Below, piece after piece: positions 25,572-36,132 of a DNA stretch of 64,000 nt. Source of the stretch: Chthoniobacterales bacterium (GTDB lineage Bacteria > Verrucomicrobiota > Verrucomicrobiia > Chthoniobacterales > DASVRZ01). The stretch is from positions 236,498 to 300,497 of the forward strand of contig JBBRNR010000001.1 of assembly GCA_038230215.1 (NCBI GenBank), given 5' to 3'. Numbering within the stretch: the first letter of the stretch is position 1; each line of letters begins with the position of its first letter. The translations under genes were made by a program, and so were the position numbers. The notes under the pieces are model-generated. The model was not told the origin of the DNA. It saw nothing but the letters and a program-made list of their open reading frames with translations, and did not search any database.

Positions 25572-25781
25572 TCATTCCTTCGGACCGCGCCCGGTTTTTT
25601 CCTGGAACGCCTCCGTGGGTTTGGAGGCAAATGTCTTCCCGTCGTCGGGATCTTTCTCAGAGTTCGGATGCGATGCGCGAGTGGCAGAGGGCGGCTCCGA
25701 GGAGATAAATTCTTCCTGCGGCGCGTCCATGTTTTCCTTCTCGGTGCGCGTGGGGTAATCATCCTTCGGATCGTCATTCAT
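25572..25781 (-). CDS. possible small acidic disordered protein (69 aa)
   Basis: Internal Met of ORF 25572..25994 (MNDDPKDDYPTRTEKEN..). The upstream part of that ORF overlaps the DUF5985-like gene. No family recognised. Confidence 0.3.
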   Translation of the reverse strand: MNDDPKDDYPTRTEKENMDAPQEEFISSEPPSATRASHPNSEKDPDDGKTFASKPTEAFQEKTGRGPKE

Positions 25782-25842
25782 ATTTCTATATCGAATGCGA
25801 CGCGCTTTTCGCGCGTGCCGGGTGATGAAAAAATCGACCCGG

Positions 25843-26145
25843 TCAGGCGCGGCGGTTCTTGTCGATGATCGCGATGATGAGCAAAAGATACGCAGCCAGG
25901 CGCACCGAATAGACAAAGGGCGCGAGTTCGCTTTCCATCGGGCAGGAGGACCGCAGAATCCGCTCCAGCATAAACAACAGAAAGGCTGCGGCAAAAAACA
26001 GAAACAGCCGGTCGCGCGTCTTCTGCCAGAAACGCAGAAAAAATCCCAGCGCCACCAGGCAGGCCATAGCGATGGCTCCCGAGATGAAATCCGAGGTGCT
26101 GGTCGTCACCACCAGGCCGAGCGCGAGAAAAGGATGGAGCGTCAT
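25843..26145 (-). CDS. small 3-TM membrane protein (DUF5985-like)
   Basis: 100 aa, three hydrophobic helices, ends ..IIAIIDKNRRA. It looks paralogous to the next gene. Confidence 0.6.
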   Translation of the reverse strand: MTLHPFLALGLVVTTSTSDFISGAIAMACLVALGFFLRFWQKTRDRLFLFFAAAFLLFMLERILRSSCPMESELAPFVYSVRLAAYLLLIIAIIDKNRRA

Positions 26146-26148
26146 CGG

Positions 26149-26409
26149 TTATTCGGATTCAAAGATCAGTCCATAAAGCAGCACGACGAGTGCGACCAAA
26201 GTGATCACACTCCGATGCAGGCTCAGGTCCACTTTGGGGAAAATGAGAAAATCCAGCACGAGGAGGCAGTTGGCCGCGGCGAGAATGCCAAAGCAGAGCA
26301 TGCTCCAGAAGAGCAGCCGCAGCCTGGACGCCAGGTAGCCCCGCAAAAGGAGGACGGAGACCAGCATGCAACTCAAGGTGCTGAGAATGTAAACGGCGGG
26401 TCCCATCAT
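26149..26409 (-). CDS. small 3-TM membrane protein (DUF5985-like)
   Basis: 86 aa, three hydrophobic helices. 3-nt gap to the downstream paralog and 4-nt overlap with the upstream gene. Confidence 0.6.
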   Translation of the reverse strand: MMGPAVYILSTLSCMLVSVLLLRGYLASRLRLLFWSMLCFGILAAANCLLVLDFLIFPKVDLSLHRSVITLVALVVLLYGLIFESE

Positions 26410-26801
26410 GGTTTTCTTAATCGAAATGCCTCGGCAAACATTCGCGCCGGATCATTCTGCGAGGAACTGCGCTGATAGATGGCCTCGATCACGCGCACTG
26501 GCCGGGCTTGGTAGGTTTCGACGAGCGCCAAAACCGCCGAGCGGACTTCCATTCGATCCGGGGCAAATTGATAGCTGATAGGCGAGTTATCGGAGCGTTG
26601 CACGATTTTTTCCTGCACGAAATATTCCAGCCACGCGACCACTGAGAGTTTCGTGCTCAGGATTACATTATAGACGTTTTGCACGGTGAATTTGGCGGCT
26701 GGATTTTTCGCAAGCAAGAGCAAAATTTCTGTCTGCTCGATGGAAGTCAGATGCCGCTCGATCAATTGCCTCACAGCGGCGGGTAATCCTTCGTCAGTCA
26801 C
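26406..26801 (-). CDS. winged-helix-like small regulator candidate
   Basis: The coding-looking part starts around GTG 26801 (VTDEGLPAAVRQLIERHLTSIEQTEILLLLAKN..). The N-terminal 69 codons of ORF 26406..27008 look non-coding. The start is uncertain. Confidence 0.5.
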   Translation of the reverse strand: MTDEGLPAAVRQLIERHLTSIEQTEILLLLAKNPAAKFTVQNVYNVILSTKLSVVAWLEYFVQEKIVQRSDNSPISYQFAPDRMEVRSAVLALVETYQARPVRVIEAIYQRSSSQNDPARMFAEAFRLRKP

Positions 26802-26939
26802 TTGGTTAAAACATTTGGAGGATGGTATCTCCAGCGACTTCACCGAGAGGTAACAAGGCCAAAGTCGCTGGCATTTGCAGCCCAATATCGGCTGAAATAT
26901 GCCTGATGGATGTAAGATTTTTAAGCGCGGGTGACGGCC

Positions 26940-26967
26940 TTGACCCGATATTATCGTCGGGTAATAT
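26940..26967 (+). promoter_or_regulatory. sigma70-like promoter candidate for the poly-HAMP kinase (TTGACC-16 nt-TAATAT)
   Basis: TTGACC at 26940-26945 and TAATAT at 26962-26967, about 77 nt upstream of ATG 27044. It is embedded in a 22-nt direct repeat (26939-26960 / 26996-27017). Confidence 0.4.
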
Positions 26968-27043
26968 CGTGATGATTTAAGCGACTGACATGCGTCTTGA
27001 CCTTTCACTATCGTCGGATGTTTTCGCCATTTGATTCTGATTC

Positions 27044-30000
27044 ATGAAAGCCACCAAACCCTCCAAAGCGCGTCCTGCAATCCTCGTTGAAACTCCCGCC
27101 GCGACGGCTGGCGAATCCGTTCCCATGAATGGCGACGCCGCCCCGCTCGACGGAACCAATGGCGCTAAATCCCATTCGGAGCAGCCCAGCGACTCGGATC
27201 TGGCGCTGGAGATTCTGGAGGCGATGCTGGCGTTTCGAGCTGGAAATTTTTCCAAGAAACTGCCCTCCGGCTGGACTGGGGTTTATGGGAAAATCGCGGA
27301 CACTTTTAACGATGTCATCAGCGTCAACCAGCGCCGCTCCGCCGAGACGGCACGCGTCTGCCGCGTGATCGGCAAAGAGGGAAAACTAAACCAGCGCATG
27401 CGCGTATCTGGTCTGGTCGGTCAATGGGCCGAGGAGGTCGATTCCCTGAACAGCCTAATGGACGATCTGGTGCGTCCGACGACCGATGTGACACGCACGA
27501 TCGGCGCCGTGGCCAAGGGCGATCTAAGCCAGTCGATGGCGTTGGAGGCCGATGGCCGTCCGCTCGAGGGCGAGTTTTTGCACTCCGCCCGATTGGTTAA
27601 CCGAATGATCGATCAGCTCTCGGTTTTCACGTCCGAAGTAACTCGTGTCGCCCGCGAGGTTGGCACCGAGGGCAAGCTCGGCGGCCAGGCGCAAGTGAAG
27701 GGAGTTTCAGGCGTATGGAAGGATCTCACGGAGTCGGTCAACCAGATGGCGGGCAACCTCACAGCGCAGGTTCGCAACATTGTCGATGTGACGATGGCCG
27801 TGGCAAACGGGGATCTTTCCAAAAAGATCACGGTCGATGTGCGCGGGGAGATTTTGCAGTTGAAAGAGGCCATTAACACGATGGTCGAGCAGCTCCGTTC
27901 GTTCGCGTCGGAAGTCACGCGTGTCGCCCGCGAAGTGGGAACGGAAGGACGTCTCGGCGGACAAGCAGTGGTGCCCGGAGTTGCGGGAACTTGGAAAGAT
28001 TTGACCGATTCGGTAAATGCGATGGCGTCTAACCTTACAGCGCAGGTGCGTAACATTGCCGCCGTGACGACAGCCGTGGCGCGCGGGGATTTGTCCCGCA
28101 AAATTACCGTGGACGTTAAAGGCGAAATTCTGGAGTTGAAGGAAACGATCAACACGATGGTCGATCAGCTCAACGCGTTTTCGTCGGAGGTAACCCGTGT
28201 CGCCCGTGAGGTGGGAACGGAAGGCAAACTCGGCGGTCAGGCTGCTGTGTCCGGAGTTGCAGGAACTTGGAAAGATTTGACGGACTCTGTGAACTCGATG
28301 GCGTCGAATTTGACGGGTCAGGTCCGCAACATCGCGGATGTGACGACCGCCGTGGCGCGCGGCGATTTGTCCCGCAAGATCACGGTGGACGTGAAGGGCG
28401 AGATTTTGTCGTTGAAAGACACGATCAACACGATGGTCGATCAGTTGAATGCGTTTGCGTCGGAAGTCACGCGCGTAGCCCGAGAAGTCGGCACCGAAGG
28501 GAAGCTCGGCGGTCAGGCGATTGTGCCCGGAGTTGGTGGAACGTGGAAGGATCTTACCGACAACGTGAACTCGATGGCGTCGAATTTGACCGGCCAGGTG
28601 CGCAACATCGCCGACGTGGCGACGGCCATCGCAAAGGGCGATTTGTCCTCGAAGATCACCGTGGAAGTCAAAGGGGAAATCCTAGAGTTGAAAAACACCA
28701 TGAACACCATGGTCGATCAGCTCAATGGCTTCGCCGCCGAGGTTACGCGCGTCGCCCGCGAGGTCGGCACCGAGGGAAAACTGGGCGGTCAGGCGCAGGT
28801 TCGTGGTGTCGCCGGTACTTGGAAAGATCTCACCGACAACGTGAACTTCATGGCGAACAACCTCACGGCGCAGGTTCGCAACATCGCCGACGTGGCGACG
28901 GCCATCGCGAAGGGCGATTTGTCCCGCAAGATCACGGTCGATGTGAAGGGCGAAATCCTGGAGTTGAAGAACACCATTAATACGATGGTGGATCGACTCA
29001 ACGCGTTCGCCTCCGAGGTGAGCCGCGTCGCCCGCGAGGTCGGGACTGAGGGAGAATTGGGCGGTCAGGCGGAAGTGGGCGGAGTTGCAGGAACATGGAA
29101 AGATTTGACCGACAATGTGAACTCGATGGCGTCGAACCTCACCGCCCAGGTCCGCAATATCGCCGACGTGGCGACGGCGGTCGCGAACGGGGATTTGTCC
29201 AAGAAAATCACGGTGGACGTGAAGGGCGAGATTTTGGAACTGAAAAACACCATCAACACGATGGTCGATCAGCTCAACGGCTTCGCTTCCGAAGTGACTC
29301 GTGTGGCCCGCGAAGTCGGCACGGAAGGTAAACTCGGAGGTCAGGCGCAAGTCCGCGGCGTCGGCGGCACTTGGAAAGATTTGACGGACAATGTGAACTC
29401 GATGGCGTCCAACTTGACCGCCCAGGTCCGCAACATCGCGGACGTGGCAACGGCCATCGCGAAGGGCGATTTGTCCTCGAAGATCACCGTCGATGTGAAG
29501 GGCGAGATTTTGCAGCTCAAAGAAACCATGAACACCATGGTTGACCAGCTCAACGGCTTCGCTTCCGAGGTCACGCGCGTCGCCCGTGAGGTCGGCACCG
29601 AAGGAAAACTCGGCGGTCAGGCCGAAGTGCAAGGCGTCGCCGGGACTTGGAAAGATCTTACCGACAACGTGAATTCCATGGCGAACAACCTCACGGCGCA
29701 GGTGCGTAACATCGCCGGTGTCACCACCGCCGTGGCGCGCGGCGATTTGTCCCGCAAGATCACGGTGGATGCGAAGGGCGAAATTTTGGAACTCAAGGAC
29801 ACCATCAATACGATGGTCGATCAGCTCAACGCGTTCGCCTCCGAGGTTTCCCGTGTCGCCCGCGAGGTCGGCACCGAAGGAAAACTCGGCGGCCAGGCCG
29901 AGGTGGGTGGAGTTGCAGGCACATGGAAGGATTTGACCGACAACGTCAACTCCATGGCGTCGAACCTCACCGGTCAGGTCCGCAACATCGCCGAGGTGAC

Positions 30001-33000
30001 GATCGCCGTGGCGAGCGGAGATTTGTCCAAAAAAATCACCGTCGATGTGCGCGGGGAAATTCTCGAACTCAAGGAAACGATCAACACGATGGTCGATCAG
30101 CTCCGCTCCTTCGCCGCCGAAGTGAGCCGCGTAGCCCGCGAAGTCGGCACCGAAGGCAAACTCGGCGGTCAAGCGCAGGTTCCAGGTGTCGCCGGGACTT
30201 GGAAAGATCTCACGGACAACGTGAACTCAATGGCCTTCAACTTGACGGGTCAGGTTCGTAACATTTCCGACGTGGCGACGGCAATTGCCCGCGGCGATTT
30301 GTCCCGCAAGATCACTGTCGAAGTGCAAGGCGAAATTTTGCAGCTCAAGGAAACCATGAACACCATGGTCGATCAGTTGAGTTCCTTTGCATCGGAAGTC
30401 ACCCGTGTCGCCCGCGAGGTCGGCACCGAAGGAAAACTGGGCGGACAAGCCGAGGTGGGCGGAGTTGCAGGCACATGGAAAGATTTGACCGACAACGTGA
30501 ACTCGATGGCCTCGAACCTCACGGCGCAGGTTCGCAACATTGCCGAGGTGACCATTGCCGTGGCGAACGGAGACCTTTCCCGCAAGATCACGGTGGATGT
30601 GCGCGGCGAGATTTTGCAGCTCAAGGAAACGATCAACACCATGGTCGAGCAGCTCCGTTCGTTTGCCTCGGAAGTTACCCGCGTCGCCCGCGAAGTCGGC
30701 ACCGAGGGTCGTCTCGGCGTGCAAGCGGTCGTGCCCGGAGTCGCCGGAACGTGGAAGGATTTGACCGACTCCGTCAACGCCATGGGCGGCAACTTGACCG
30801 CTCAGGTTCGCAACATTGCTGAGGTGACGACCGCCGTCGCGCGCGGCGATTTGTCCCGCAAGATCACGGTCGATGTGAAAGGCGAAATTTTGGAGCTGAA
30901 GAACACCATCAACACCATGGTCGATCAGCTCAACGCCTTCGCCGCAGAGGTAACGCGTGTGGCTCGTGAAGTCGGCACCGAGGGCAAATTGGACGGCAAG
31001 GCCCAAGTCTCGGGCGTTGCTGGAACGTGGAAGGATTTGACCGATTCCGTGAACGTCATGGCCGCCAACCTGACGGATCAGGTCCGCGGCATTGTCAAAG
31101 TCGTGACCGCCGTCGCCGACGGAAACCTTCGCCAAAAACTAACTGTGCAGGCGAAAGGCGAGGTCGCCGCTCTGGCCGAGACGATCAACAACATGACGGA
31201 CACGCTCGCAACGTTTGCCGATCAGGTGACGAATGTCGCCCGCGAAGTCGGTGTCGAAGGCCGTTTGGGCGGTCAGGCCAACGTCCCCGGTGCTGCCGGA
31301 ACGTGGAAGGATCTCACGGGTAACGTCAATCTTCTCGCCGCCAACTTGACCACTCAGGTTCGAGCGATTGCCGAGGTTGCGACGGCGGTGACGAAGGGCG
31401 ATTTGACCCGCTCGATTCAGGTCGAAACTCGTGGCGAAGTCGCCGAGTTAAAGGACAACATCAACACGATGATTAACAATCTTCGTGAGACCACGGAGAG
31501 CAACCAGGAACAGGATTGGTTGAAGACAAACGTCGCGAAATTCACCCGTATGTTACAAGGTCAGCGAGACCTCTTTACGGTGGGGCAGATGCTTCTCTCG
31601 GAAGTCGCCCCGTTGGTTTCGGCGCATCAAGGCGCGATGTATCAGATTTCCAATGAAGATCGCGCCTTGAGCTTGCTCGCTGGTTTTGCGACTCCGAAAA
31701 ATCAGGCAAAACATTTAAAAAGGGGCGAAGGCCTTGTTGGTCAGTGCGCCATCGAAAAACAGCGAATTTTGCTGGCGGATATTCCTGCGAACTACTCCCC
31801 CATTAAATCTAGTTTGGGCAAAGCTGCTCCGGTCAATGTAGTCGTACTCCCAGTTCTATTTGAGGGTGAGACGAAAGCGGTGATTGAGCTGGCTGCGTTA
31901 CATCCGTTTACAGATGCACACCTGAACTTCCTTGAGCAACTCACGCAATCCATCGGCGTCGTTCTCAACACGATCGAGGCCACCATGCGCACGGAAGGTC
32001 TCCTGCAGCAGAGCCAGCAGCTCACGGCGGAGTTGCAGTCCGGCCAAAAAGAACTCCAGCAGACGAACGAAGAACTTGAACAAAAAGCCCAGCAACTCGC
32101 CGAGCAAAATGTCGAAGTCGAACGCAAAAACAAGGAGATCGAGCAAGCCCGCCGCGCACTCGAAGACAAGGCAGCCGAGCTCGCGCTCACGTCGAAATAC
32201 AAGTCGGAATTTCTCGCGAACATGTCGCACGAGTTGCGCACGCCGCTGAATTCGATCCTGATTCTCGGCCAGCAGCTTTCCGAAAATAACTCAGGCAATC
32301 TCAACGACAAACAGGTCGATTTCGCTCGCAACATTCACTCGGCGGGCTCCGATTTGCTCAATCTGATCAATGACATTCTCGACTTGTCCAAGATCGAATC
32401 GGGCACGGTCTCGGTCGAGGCCGAGGAGATCACTTTCAACGCTTTGAAAGACTCGGTCGAGCGTAACTTCCGGCACATCGCGGACAACAAAAACCTGCCG
32501 TTCCAAGTGGAGTTCGATTCGACTCTGCCGAAGCATTTCACGACAGACTGGAAGCGTTTGCAGCAGATCATCAAAAACCTGCTTTCGAACGCCTTCAAGT
32601 TTACCTCGCACGGCCGCGTCGGCATCAAAGTCGCCCCGGTTGCCGACGGCTGGAGTACGGATCATCCGGTGCTCAAACGCACGCCGAACGTCATCAGCCT
32701 GGCGATTACCGACACCGGCATCGGCATTGCGCCCGAGAAGCAGCGCCTGATTTTCGAGGCCTTCCAGCAGGCGGACGCCGGCACGTCGCGCAAATACGGC
32801 GGCACGGGTCTCGGTCTGGCCATTTCGCGCGAACTCGCCGCGTTGCTCGGTGGAGAAATCCGCCTGACCAGCACCGTCGGCGAGGGCAGCACGTTCACTT
32901 TGTATTTGCCATTGCATTTCACCGGACCGGCGACGCAGGGAATTACAGCTCCGTTGCATCAATCGGTCGATGGCAATACCTCGTCGATTACCTTGAGCGC

Positions 33001-34231
33001 GCTGGCCGCACCACGCGAGGACCAGATTGTGGACGACCGCGACATGACGATGGAGGGCGACACCATTCTGCTCATCGTCGAGGACGACCCGCATTACGCC
33101 CGCGTATTGCTCGGACTCGCCCGCGAAAAAGGCTTCAAGGGAATCGTCGCCACGCGCGGACAACAAGCGCTCACTTTGGCGCGTCAATATCAGCCGACGG
33201 CGATCACTTTGGATATTTTCTTGCCCGACATGCTCGGCTGGACTGTCCTGAACAACCTCAAACTCGACTCCGTTACACGCCACATTCCGGTGCAGATCAT
33301 TTCGCTCGACGAGGAGCGCCAGCACGGCCTGTCGCGCGGCGCGTTTTCCTACATGGTAAAGCCTGCGACGACCGACGATTTGGACTTGGCCTTCGACCGC
33401 ATCAAGACCTTTTCCGCGCCGCGCACCAAACGTCTGCTCGTGGTCGAGGACAACGATCTGGAGCGTCAAAGCATCGTCGAGTTGCTTGATCACGACGACA
33501 TTGAGATCACCACCGTCGCCACCGGCAGTGAGGCCTTGGAAGCGTTGCTCGACATGCCGATTGACTGCGCCGTTCTCGATCTGCGTCTGCCGGACATGAG
33601 CGGATTTGAACTCCTCGACCGTATCCAGGAGGAGCCGTCGCTGCGGGAGGTGCCGATCGTGGTTTTCACCGGCAAAGACCTCTCGTCGAAGGAGGAAAAA
33701 CATCTCAAGACCATGGCGAAAAGCGTTGTCCTGAAAGACGTGCAATCTCCCGAGCGTTTACTCGATGAGACGGCACTATTCCTGCATCGGGTTATCTCGG
33801 ACCTCCCCGAGTCGAAGCAGAAAATGATCAACCAGCTTCATCAATCCAATGAAGTTTTGCATGGCCGCAAAGTGTTGATCGTGGATGACGACGCGCGCAA
33901 CATTTTCGCGTTGTCCATCGTTTTGGAGAATCAGGAAATGGAAATCCTCAGCGCCACCAACGGTCGCCAGGCCATCGAAATCATCGAGAGCACGCCCGAT
34001 CTTTCCATGGTCCTGATGGACATCATGATGCCCGAGATGGATGGTTATCAGACGATGAAGGAAATCCGCAACAATGCCACTTTCCGCACGCTGCCGATTC
34101 TCGCCCTCACAGCCAAGGCGATGAAAGGGGACCGCGAGAAATGCCTCGAAGCCGGTGCCAGCGATTACATCGCCAAGCCGGTGAACACCGACCAGCTCCT
34201 CTCGCTGCTCCGCGTCTGGCTTCATCGTTAA
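27044..34231 (+). CDS. cytoplasmic hybrid sensor histidine kinase: ~30 HAMP domains - GAF - coiled coil - HisKA - HATPase_c - 3x REC
   Basis: 2395-aa ORF with no TM segment seen and 92-aa di-HAMP units. H-box ..[15 protein letters not shown].. at about 32221. G-boxes ..DTGIGI.. and ..[11 protein letters not shown]... Three receivers start [18 protein letters not shown] and KVLIVDDDA. Confidence 0.92.
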   Translation: MKATKPSKARPAILVETPAATAGESVPMNGDAAPLDGTNGAKSHSEQPSDSDLALEILEAMLAFRAGNFSKKLPSGWTGVYGKIADTFNDVISVNQRRSAETARVCRVIGKEGKLNQRMRVSGLVGQWAEEVDSLNSLMDDLVRPTTDVTRTIGAVAKGDLSQSMALEADGRPLEGEFLHSARLVNRMIDQLSVFTSEVTRVAREVGTEGKLGGQAQVKGVSGVWKDLTESVNQMAGNLTAQVRNIVDVTMAVANGDLSKKITVDVRGEILQLKEAINTMVEQLRSFASEVTRVAREVGTEGRLGGQAVVPGVAGTWKDLTDSVNAMASNLTAQVRNIAAVTTAVARGDLSRKITVDVKGEILELKETINTMVDQLNAFSSEVTRVAREVGTEGKLGGQAAVSGVAGTWKDLTDSVNSMASNLTGQVRNIADVTTAVARGDLSRKITVDVKGEILSLKDTINTMVDQLNAFASEVTRVAREVGTEGKLGGQAIVPGVGGTWKDLTDNVNSMASNLTGQVRNIADVATAIAKGDLSSKITVEVKGEILELKNTMNTMVDQLNGFAAEVTRVAREVGTEGKLGGQAQVRGVAGTWKDLTDNVNFMANNLTAQVRNIADVATAIAKGDLSRKITVDVKGEILELKNTINTMVDRLNAFASEVSRVAREVGTEGELGGQAEVGGVAGTWKDLTDNVNSMASNLTAQVRNIADVATAVANGDLSKKITVDVKGEILELKNTINTMVDQLNGFASEVTRVAREVGTEGKLGGQAQVRGVGGTWKDLTDNVNSMASNLTAQVRNIADVATAIAKGDLSSKITVDVKGEILQLKETMNTMVDQLNGFASEVTRVAREVGTEGKLGGQAEVQGVAGTWKDLTDNVNSMANNLTAQVRNIAGVTTAVARGDLSRKITVDAKGEILELKDTINTMVDQLNAFASEVSRVAREVGTEGKLGGQAEVGGVAGTWKDLTDNVNSMASNLTGQVRNIAEVTIAVASGDLSKKITVDVRGEILELKETINTMVDQLRSFAAEVSRVAREVGTEGKLGGQAQVPGVAGTWKDLTDNVNSMAFNLTGQVRNISDVATAIARGDLSRKITVEVQGEILQLKETMNTMVDQLSSFASEVTRVAREVGTEGKLGGQAEVGGVAGTWKDLTDNVNSMASNLTAQVRNIAEVTIAVANGDLSRKITVDVRGEILQLKETINTMVEQLRSFASEVTRVAREVGTEGRLGVQAVVPGVAGTWKDLTDSVNAMGGNLTAQVRNIAEVTTAVARGDLSRKITVDVKGEILELKNTINTMVDQLNAFAAEVTRVAREVGTEGKLDGKAQVSGVAGTWKDLTDSVNVMAANLTDQVRGIVKVVTAVADGNLRQKLTVQAKGEVAALAETINNMTDTLATFADQVTNVAREVGVEGRLGGQANVPGAAGTWKDLTGNVNLLAANLTTQVRAIAEVATAVTKGDLTRSIQVETRGEVAELKDNINTMINNLRETTESNQEQDWLKTNVAKFTRMLQGQRDLFTVGQMLLSEVAPLVSAHQGAMYQISNEDRALSLLAGFATPKNQAKHLKRGEGLVGQCAIEKQRILLADIPANYSPIKSSLGKAAPVNVVVLPVLFEGETKAVIELAALHPFTDAHLNFLEQLTQSIGVVLNTIEATMRTEGLLQQSQQLTAELQSGQKELQQTNEELEQKAQQLAEQNVEVERKNKEIEQARRALEDKAAELALTSKYKSEFLANMSHELRTPLNSILILGQQLSENNSGNLNDKQVDFARNIHSAGSDLLNLINDILDLSKIESGTVSVEAEEITFNALKDSVERNFRHIADNKNLPFQVEFDSTLPKHFTTDWKRLQQIIKNLLSNAFKFTSHGRVGIKVAPVADGWSTDHPVLKRTPNVISLAITDTGIGIAPEKQRLIFEAFQQADAGTSRKYGGTGLGLAISRELAALLGGEIRLTSTVGEGSTFTLYLPLHFTGPATQGITAPLHQSVDGNTSSITLSALAAPREDQIVDDRDMTMEGDTILLIVEDDPHYARVLLGLAREKGFKGIVATRGQQALTLARQYQPTAITLDIFLPDMLGWTVLNNLKLDSVTRHIPVQIISLDEERQHGLSRGAFSYMVKPATTDDLDLAFDRIKTFSAPRTKRLLVVEDNDLERQSIVELLDHDDIEITTVATGSEALEALLDMPIDCAVLDLRLPDMSGFELLDRIQEEPSLREVPIVVFTGKDLSSKEEKHLKTMAKSVVLKDVQSPERLLDETALFLHRVISDLPESKQKMINQLHQSNEVLHGRKVLIVDDDARNIFALSIVLENQEMEILSATNGRQAIEIIESTPDLSMVLMDIMMPEMDGYQTMKEIRNNATFRTLPILALTAKAMKGDREKCLEAGASDYIAKPVNTDQLLSLLRVWLHR
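27356..31495 (+). repeat. intragenic tandem repeat: 14 units of exactly 276 bp (92 codons) plus degenerate flanking units
   Basis: The VAREVG-coding motif recurs at 27647 + n x 276 (n = 0..13, last at 31235) with no indels. Copies differ largely at synonymous sites. Confidence 0.9.
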
Positions 34232-34239
34232 TTTCCGCG

Positions 34240-35877
34240 ATGGCCAGCCCTGTTAATATTCTCCTCGTCGATGACGACCTCAAGAACCTGATGGTTCTCG
34301 AGACGATTCTGGATTCTCCGGATTATAGGTTGATCAAGGCAACCACTGCGGATGAGACGCTGATGATCCTGATGAACGAGGAGTGCGCCGCCATCGTGAT
34401 GGACGTGAAAATGCCCGACATGAACGGCATCGAACTCGCCCAGCTCATCAAGCAGCGGAAGAAGACGCAGCACATTCCGATTCTGTTTCTCTCCGCACAC
34501 TACTACGAGGACGAGCACATCGTTCTCGGTTACGGAGCGGGCGCTGTGGATTACATCACCAAGCCGGTGAACCCCGCCATCGTTCGCTCTAAGATTGGCG
34601 TCTTTGTGGATCTTTTCCGCACGAACACCGCGCTCGTCGCTGCCAACGAGGAACTCGCGATCAAAAACGAAGAGCTGCTCAAAAATGCCGACGACCGTGC
34701 ACGCCGCATCGACGCCGAGGCTGCCCGCGCCGAGGCCGAGGCCGCCAACAGCGCAAAGGACCGTTTTCTCGCGATGCTTTCCCACGAGTTGCGCACTCCG
34801 CTCTCGCCCGTTTTGCACGCGGTCGCCTTGATTGAGGAGGAAGGCTGTCCGCCTCAAATCGCGGAGATGCTCGAGACCATCCGCCGCAATGTACAACTCG
34901 AAGCCCGACTGATCGACGACTTGCTCGACCTCGCCCGCATTCGCAATGGCAAGCTCCAGCTTCACTTGGAAAATGTGGAGGTCCACGATCTCCTCCGTCG
35001 CGCGGTGCAAATTTGTGAGCCCGAGATCAAGCTGCGGGAGTTGACGCTTCGGATGGATTTCAATACGGATAATACGCGGTTGCAGGCGGATCCGGCACGG
35101 TTGCAGCAGATTTTTTGGAACTTGATCAACAACGCCATCAAATTCACACCCGCCGGCGGCACCATCCATCTCACCACCGCAGCGAATAAGGGAACGATCC
35201 GCGTTTCCATCCAAGACTCCGGCATCGGCATTTCGCAGGATCGTGTGGAGAAAATTTTTGACGCCTTCGAGCAGGTTCATGGCAGTCAATCTCAAGGCCT
35301 CGGCCTCGGTCTGGCGATCTGTCGGGCACTCGCTGAAATGCATGGCGGCGCTATCGAAGCGAGCAGCGACGGCGAGAATGCGGGCAGTCTTTTCACCGTG
35401 CAACTACCCCTCTCCCGGTCGGCTCAAACTCCGCTTAAAAACGATTCCCCCACTCCAACCAAAGCTGCCGATCCCTTGCGCATTCTTCTCGTCGAAGACC
35501 ACGGCGATACAGCGATGATTTTGAAACGACTTCTGATTAAACGAGGCCATCAGGTGCAGGCCGCCGAGAGCGTTTCCCAAGCCTTGAAAAACATGAGGGA
35601 GTTTGAGTTCGATGTGCTCGTGAGTGACATTGGACTCCCCGACGGACGTGGGCTCGACCTCATGCCGCCGTTTCTAGAAGCCGCCGGTGGCCGTCCCGTC
35701 GCTGGCATCGCGCTCAGTGGCTACGGCATGCCCGAGGACATCGAGCGCAGCCGCGAGGCTGGGTTTACCGATCACCTCACGAAGCCGGTGGACATTTCCC
35801 GACTGCAAAAGTCTCTCGCCGTGATGAGCGAGGAACTTTTTTCCACAACGGCCACCAATGGAAAAAACGACCATTGA
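34240..35877 (+). CDS. REC - HisKA - HATPase_c - REC hybrid histidine kinase/response regulator
   Basis: Start at MASPVNILLVDDD (atg 34240), 9 nt after the upstream stop. H-box ..[15 protein letters not shown]... C-terminal receiver ..LRILLVEDHGDTA..VSDIGLPDG... Confidence 0.88.
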   Translation: MASPVNILLVDDDLKNLMVLETILDSPDYRLIKATTADETLMILMNEECAAIVMDVKMPDMNGIELAQLIKQRKKTQHIPILFLSAHYYEDEHIVLGYGAGAVDYITKPVNPAIVRSKIGVFVDLFRTNTALVAANEELAIKNEELLKNADDRARRIDAEAARAEAEAANSAKDRFLAMLSHELRTPLSPVLHAVALIEEEGCPPQIAEMLETIRRNVQLEARLIDDLLDLARIRNGKLQLHLENVEVHDLLRRAVQICEPEIKLRELTLRMDFNTDNTRLQADPARLQQIFWNLINNAIKFTPAGGTIHLTTAANKGTIRVSIQDSGIGISQDRVEKIFDAFEQVHGSQSQGLGLGLAICRALAEMHGGAIEASSDGENAGSLFTVQLPLSRSAQTPLKNDSPTPTKAADPLRILLVEDHGDTAMILKRLLIKRGHQVQAAESVSQALKNMREFEFDVLVSDIGLPDGRGLDLMPPFLEAAGGRPVAGIALSGYGMPEDIERSREAGFTDHLTKPVDISRLQKSLAVMSEELFSTTATNGKNDH

Positions 35878-35906
35878 CGCAAGGTCGGGTTGCACTATTA
35901 TTTGCG

Positions 35907-36046
35907 AACTCTTATCCAGAGTGACTGAGGGACTGGCCCGATGAAGTCACGGCAACCGCTGATTTCCTGATTCATTTCAGGGAAAAAGGACCGGGTGCCA
36001 AATCCAGTTCCGGTGAACGCAAGTTTCCCGGGAAAAGATGAGGGAA
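35907..36046 (+). promoter_or_regulatory. SAM-I (S-box) riboswitch
   Basis: cuCUUAUCcAGAGugacuGAGGGACUGGCCCGAUGAAgucaCGGCAACC...GGUGCCAAaUCCag...aAGAUGAGgg matches the conserved S-box core. P1 ctcttatc pairs with gatgaggg. It lies about 87 nt upstream of ATG 36133. Confidence 0.9.
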
Positions 36047-36132
36047 AATCCTAGTCCGCTGCCCTTCTGCGAGCCCTTTGGTTTTTCGTCTCTTCGTCTC
36101 TGAGTCGCTCAGATAAGACTGAAACTCGAATC

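Noticed and set aside
27613-31135. Long antisense ORFs inside the poly-HAMP repeat region (e.g. 28682..30172 at 496 aa, 30227..31135 at 302 aa, 27613..28155) and many 60-240 aa sense-shifted ORFs
   Set aside because: They mirror the 276-bp periodicity of the sense gene. Their compositions are low-complexity (R/G/H/D-rich) with no recognisable motifs. The sense frame encodes a continuous, clearly homologous kinase. Stop-poor antisense frames are expected in GC-rich repeats.
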